The translations under genes were made by a program, and so were the position numbers. Shown piece by piece: positions 57,076 to 64,000 of a DNA stretch of 64,000 nt. The notes beneath the pieces are model-generated. The model ran no database searches, was not told the DNA's origin, and was given only the letters and a program-made list of their open reading frames with translations. The stretch is taken from assembly GCF_044324875.1 (NCBI RefSeq), contig NZ_CP172185.1. The stretch is one strand, 5' to 3'. The DNA comes from Escherichia coli (GTDB lineage: Bacteria > Pseudomonadota > Gammaproteobacteria > Enterobacterales > Enterobacteriaceae). The first letter of the stretch is position 1. The number at the start of each line of letters is the position of its first letter.

Positions 57076-57083
57076 AATTAGGG

Positions 57084-57160
57084 TGGCGGAACGGACGGGA
57101 CTCGAACCCGCGACCCCCTGCGTGACAGGCAGGTATTCTAACCGACTGAACTACCGCTCC
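57084..57160 (-). tRNA. aspT: tRNA-Asp (anticodon GUC)
   Basis: GGAGCGGTAGTTCAGTCGGTTAGAATACCTGCCTGTCACGCAGG...CCGCCA. Confidence 0.9.
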
Positions 57161-57212
57161 ACCGAATTCTTTTACAACCACCGGTTTTATGACCGGCTTA
57201 CTGCTTAATTTG

Positions 57213-57332
57213 ATGCCTGGCAGTTCCCTACTCTCGCATGGGGAGACCCCACACTACCATCGGCGCTACGGCGTTTCACTTCTGAGTTCGGCATGGGGTC
57301 AGGTGGGACCACCGCGCTACGGCCGCCAGGCA
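57213..57332 (-). rRNA. rrfC: 5S ribosomal RNA
   Basis: 120-nt match to E. coli 5S rRNA (TGCCTGGCGGCCGTAGCGCGGTGG...GGAACTGCCAGGCAT). Confidence 0.95.
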
Positions 57333-57424
57333 AATTCTGTTTATCAGACCGCTTCTGCGTTCTGATTTAATCTGTATCAGGCTGAAAATCTTTCTCTCAT
57401 CCGCCAAAACATCTTCGGCGTTGT

Positions 57425-60329
<2,905 letters not shown>

Positions 60330-60513
60330 TCACAACCCGAAGATGTTTCACTTCAGAGTTGCGAAAATTTGAGAGACTCACGAACAACTTTCGTTGTTCA
60401 GTGTTTCAATTTTCAGCTTGATCCAGATTTTTAAAGAGCAAATATCTCAAACAAGACTTAACAGTCTGTTTTGAGATATTGAGGTCGGCGACTTTCACTC
60501 ACAAACCAGCAAG

Positions 60514-60589
60514 TGGCGTCCCCTAGGGGATTCGAACCCCTGTTACCGCCGTGAAAGGGCGGTGTCCTGGGCCTCTAGACGAAGGGGAC
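60514..60589 (-). tRNA. gltU: tRNA-Glu (anticodon UUC), 16S-23S spacer tRNA
   Basis: GTCCCCTTCGTCTAGAGGCCCAGGACACCGCCCTTTCACGGCGGTAACAGGGG...CGCCA. Confidence 0.9.
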
Positions 60590-60674
60590 GTATCAGTCTG
60601 CTTCGCAAGACGCCTTGCTTTTCACTTTCTATCAGACAATCTGTGTGAGCACTGCAAAGTACGCTTCTTTAAGG

Positions 60675-62216
<1,542 letters not shown>

Positions 62217-62389
62217 AAAAGTTTGATGCTCAAAGAATTAAACTTCGTAATGAATTACGTGTTCACTCTTGAGACTTGGTATTCATTTTTCGTCTTGCGA
62301 CGTTAAGAATCCGTATCTTCGAGTGCCCACACAGATTGTCTGATAAATTGTTAAAGAGCAGTGCCGCTTCGCTTTTTCTCAGCGGCGCG

Positions 62390-62436
62390 GGGTGTGCATA
62401 ATACGCTTTCCCGCTACAGAGTCAAGCATTTATTTT
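62390..62436 (-). promoter_or_regulatory. rrn P2 promoter
   Basis: Minus-strand TTGACT-N17-TATTAT upstream of the 16S leader. Confidence 0.7.
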
Positions 62437-62507
62437 TGCTTTCTCTGCCGGAATTCTCAGGAGAACCCCGCTGACCCGGCGGCGTGTTTGCCGTTGTTCC
62501 GTGTCAG

Positions 62508-62545
62508 TGGTGGCGCATTATAGGGAGTTATTCCGGCCTGACAAG
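62508..62545 (-). promoter_or_regulatory. rrn P1 promoter
   Basis: Minus-strand TTGTCA-N16-TATAAT followed by GC-rich discriminator GCGCCACC; AT-rich UP-element-like sequence upstream. Confidence 0.8.
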
Positions 62546-62696
62546 AGGAAATTTAAAATAATTTTCCGACCGCGCATTTTTTCAGCAAAACCCCCGTTAA
62601 TGTGCCATAAAACAAGCAATTTGCCGTTTTTGCAACCGTAATCACACTTCCTGGTGGCATACTAAGGAGGAATAAAAAGAAAAAGGAAGATTAGTA

Positions 62697-63389
62697 ATGC
62701 CTTTAAGCGCACAACAGTTAGCTGCACAGAAAAACCTTTCGTATGTTCTGGCTGAGAAGCTGGCGCAACGGATCTTAAAAGGTGAATATGAACCCGGCAC
62801 CATTTTGCCTGGTGAGATTGAGCTGGGCGAGCAATTTGGAGTGAGTCGTACAGCGGTACGCGAAGCGGTCAAAACGTTAACGGCAAAAGGGATGGTTTTA
62901 CCGCGACCGCGAATTGGTACCCGGGTCATGCCACAATCAAACTGGAATTTTCTTGATCAGGAATTGCTTACCTGGTGGATGACAGAAGAGAACTTTCATC
63001 AGGTCATCGATCACTTTCTGGTTATGCGTATCTGTCTGGAGCCGCAAGCTTGCCTACTGGCTGCAACGGTTGGCACCGCGGAACAGAAGGCGCATCTCAA
63101 TACGTTAATGGCCGAAATGGTGGCATTAAAAGAGAACTTTCGCCGTGAACGCTGGATTGAGGTCGATATGGCCTGGCATGAGCATATCTATGAAATGAGC
63201 GCCAATCCGTTTTTGACCTCATTCGCCTCGCTATTCCATTCGGTTTATCACACTTACTTCACCTCAATTACCAGCGACACAGTGATAAAGCTGGATCTGC
63301 ATCAGGCGATTGTCGATGCGATTATCCAAAGCGATGGCGACGCGGCATTTAAAGCTTGTCAGGCGCTGCTACGCTCACCTGATAAGTGA
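62697..63389 (+). CDS. yieP: GntR/FadR-family transcriptional regulator YieP
   Basis: 230-aa ORF with N-terminal wHTH (GEQFGVSRTAVREAVKTLTAKG) and FadR-like C-domain; RBS AAGGAGG upstream. Confidence 0.9.
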   Translation: MPLSAQQLAAQKNLSYVLAEKLAQRILKGEYEPGTILPGEIELGEQFGVSRTAVREAVKTLTAKGMVLPRPRIGTRVMPQSNWNFLDQELLTWWMTEENFHQVIDHFLVMRICLEPQACLLAATVGTAEQKAHLNTLMAEMVALKENFRRERWIEVDMAWHEHIYEMSANPFLTSFASLFHSVYHTYFTSITSDTVIKLDLHQAIVDAIIQSDGDAAFKACQALLRSPDK

Positions 63390-63410
63390 TAACCCGATAA
63401 CAGGACATTG

Positions 63411-64000
63411 AATGAGCGATAAAAAGAAGCGCAGTATGGCGGGTTTGCCGTGGATCGCGGCGATGGCCTTCTTCATGCAGGCACTTGATGCCACTATTCT
63501 GAATACCGCCTTACCCGCAATCGCTCATAGCCTTAATCGTTCTCCTCTCGCGATGCAATCAGCCATCATCAGTTATACGCTGACGGTGGCGATGCTTATT
63601 CCTGTAAGCGGATGGCTAGCCGATCGCTTCGGTACGCGTCGCATATTTACCCTTGCCGTGAGTCTGTTCACGTTGGGTTCTCTGGCCTGCGCACTTTCTA
63701 ACTCGCTACCACAGCTGGTTGTCTTCCGAGTTATTCAGGGGATAGGCGGCGCAATGATGATGCCTGTTGCTCGGCTGGCCTTACTGCGCGCTTATCCTCG
63801 TAATGAGCTTCTTCCTGTATTGAATTTTGTCGCCATGCCGGGTCTGGTGGGGCCAATTTTAGGCCCCGTTCTTGGCGGCGTGCTGGTCACCTGGGCAACC
63901 TGGCACTGGATATTTTTAATCAATATCCCCATAGGTATTGCGGGCCTTCTTTACGCGCGCAAACATATGCCCAATTTCACCACCGCACGACGCAGATTCG
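63411..64000 (+). CDS. hsrA: MFS-type efflux transporter HsrA (YieO), 5' part only
   Basis: [38 protein letters not shown]... with MFS TM helices; runs off the window end. Confidence 0.85.

Overview
This window is a chromosomal segment of Escherichia coli (or a very close relative such as Shigella), in the opposite orientation to the usual K-12 map. All calls rest on reading the supplied six-frame translations and the DNA itself against remembered protein and RNA sequences; no database search was run. Gene order is yigB-xerC-yigA-dapF-yifL, then an accessory islet, then cyaY, cyaA, hemCDXY, glmZ sRNA, aslA, aslB, the argX-hisR-leuT-proM tRNA operon, yifK, the complete 12-gene wec (enterobacterial common antigen) cluster, rho with its leader rhoL, trxA, rhlB, gppA, rep, a yifN-like ORF, ppiC, ilvC, ilvY, the ilvLGMEDA operon, comM, yifE, hdfR, the rrnC-type rRNA operon (16S, tRNA-Glu, 23S, 5S, tRNA-Asp, tRNA-Trp), yieP and the start of hsrA. 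Most of the window is conserved core genome. The clear exception is a roughly 6-kb islet (about 3414-9572) between yifL and cyaY. It encodes three paralogous secreted or lipoprotein-like repeat proteins plus one unrelated small membrane protein, each paralog headed by a reiterated 5' leader module, with one decayed extra copy of that module. The repeats resemble what I recall of the DKNYY motif family; function is unknown and this is the best candidate for an undescribed system. Other points worth checking are an intact ilvG (frameshifted in K-12), an intact PemK/MazF-like yifN ORF with no visible antitoxin, and a 199-aa ORF between hemY and glmZ. No CRISPR array, integrase, transposase or IS element was seen.
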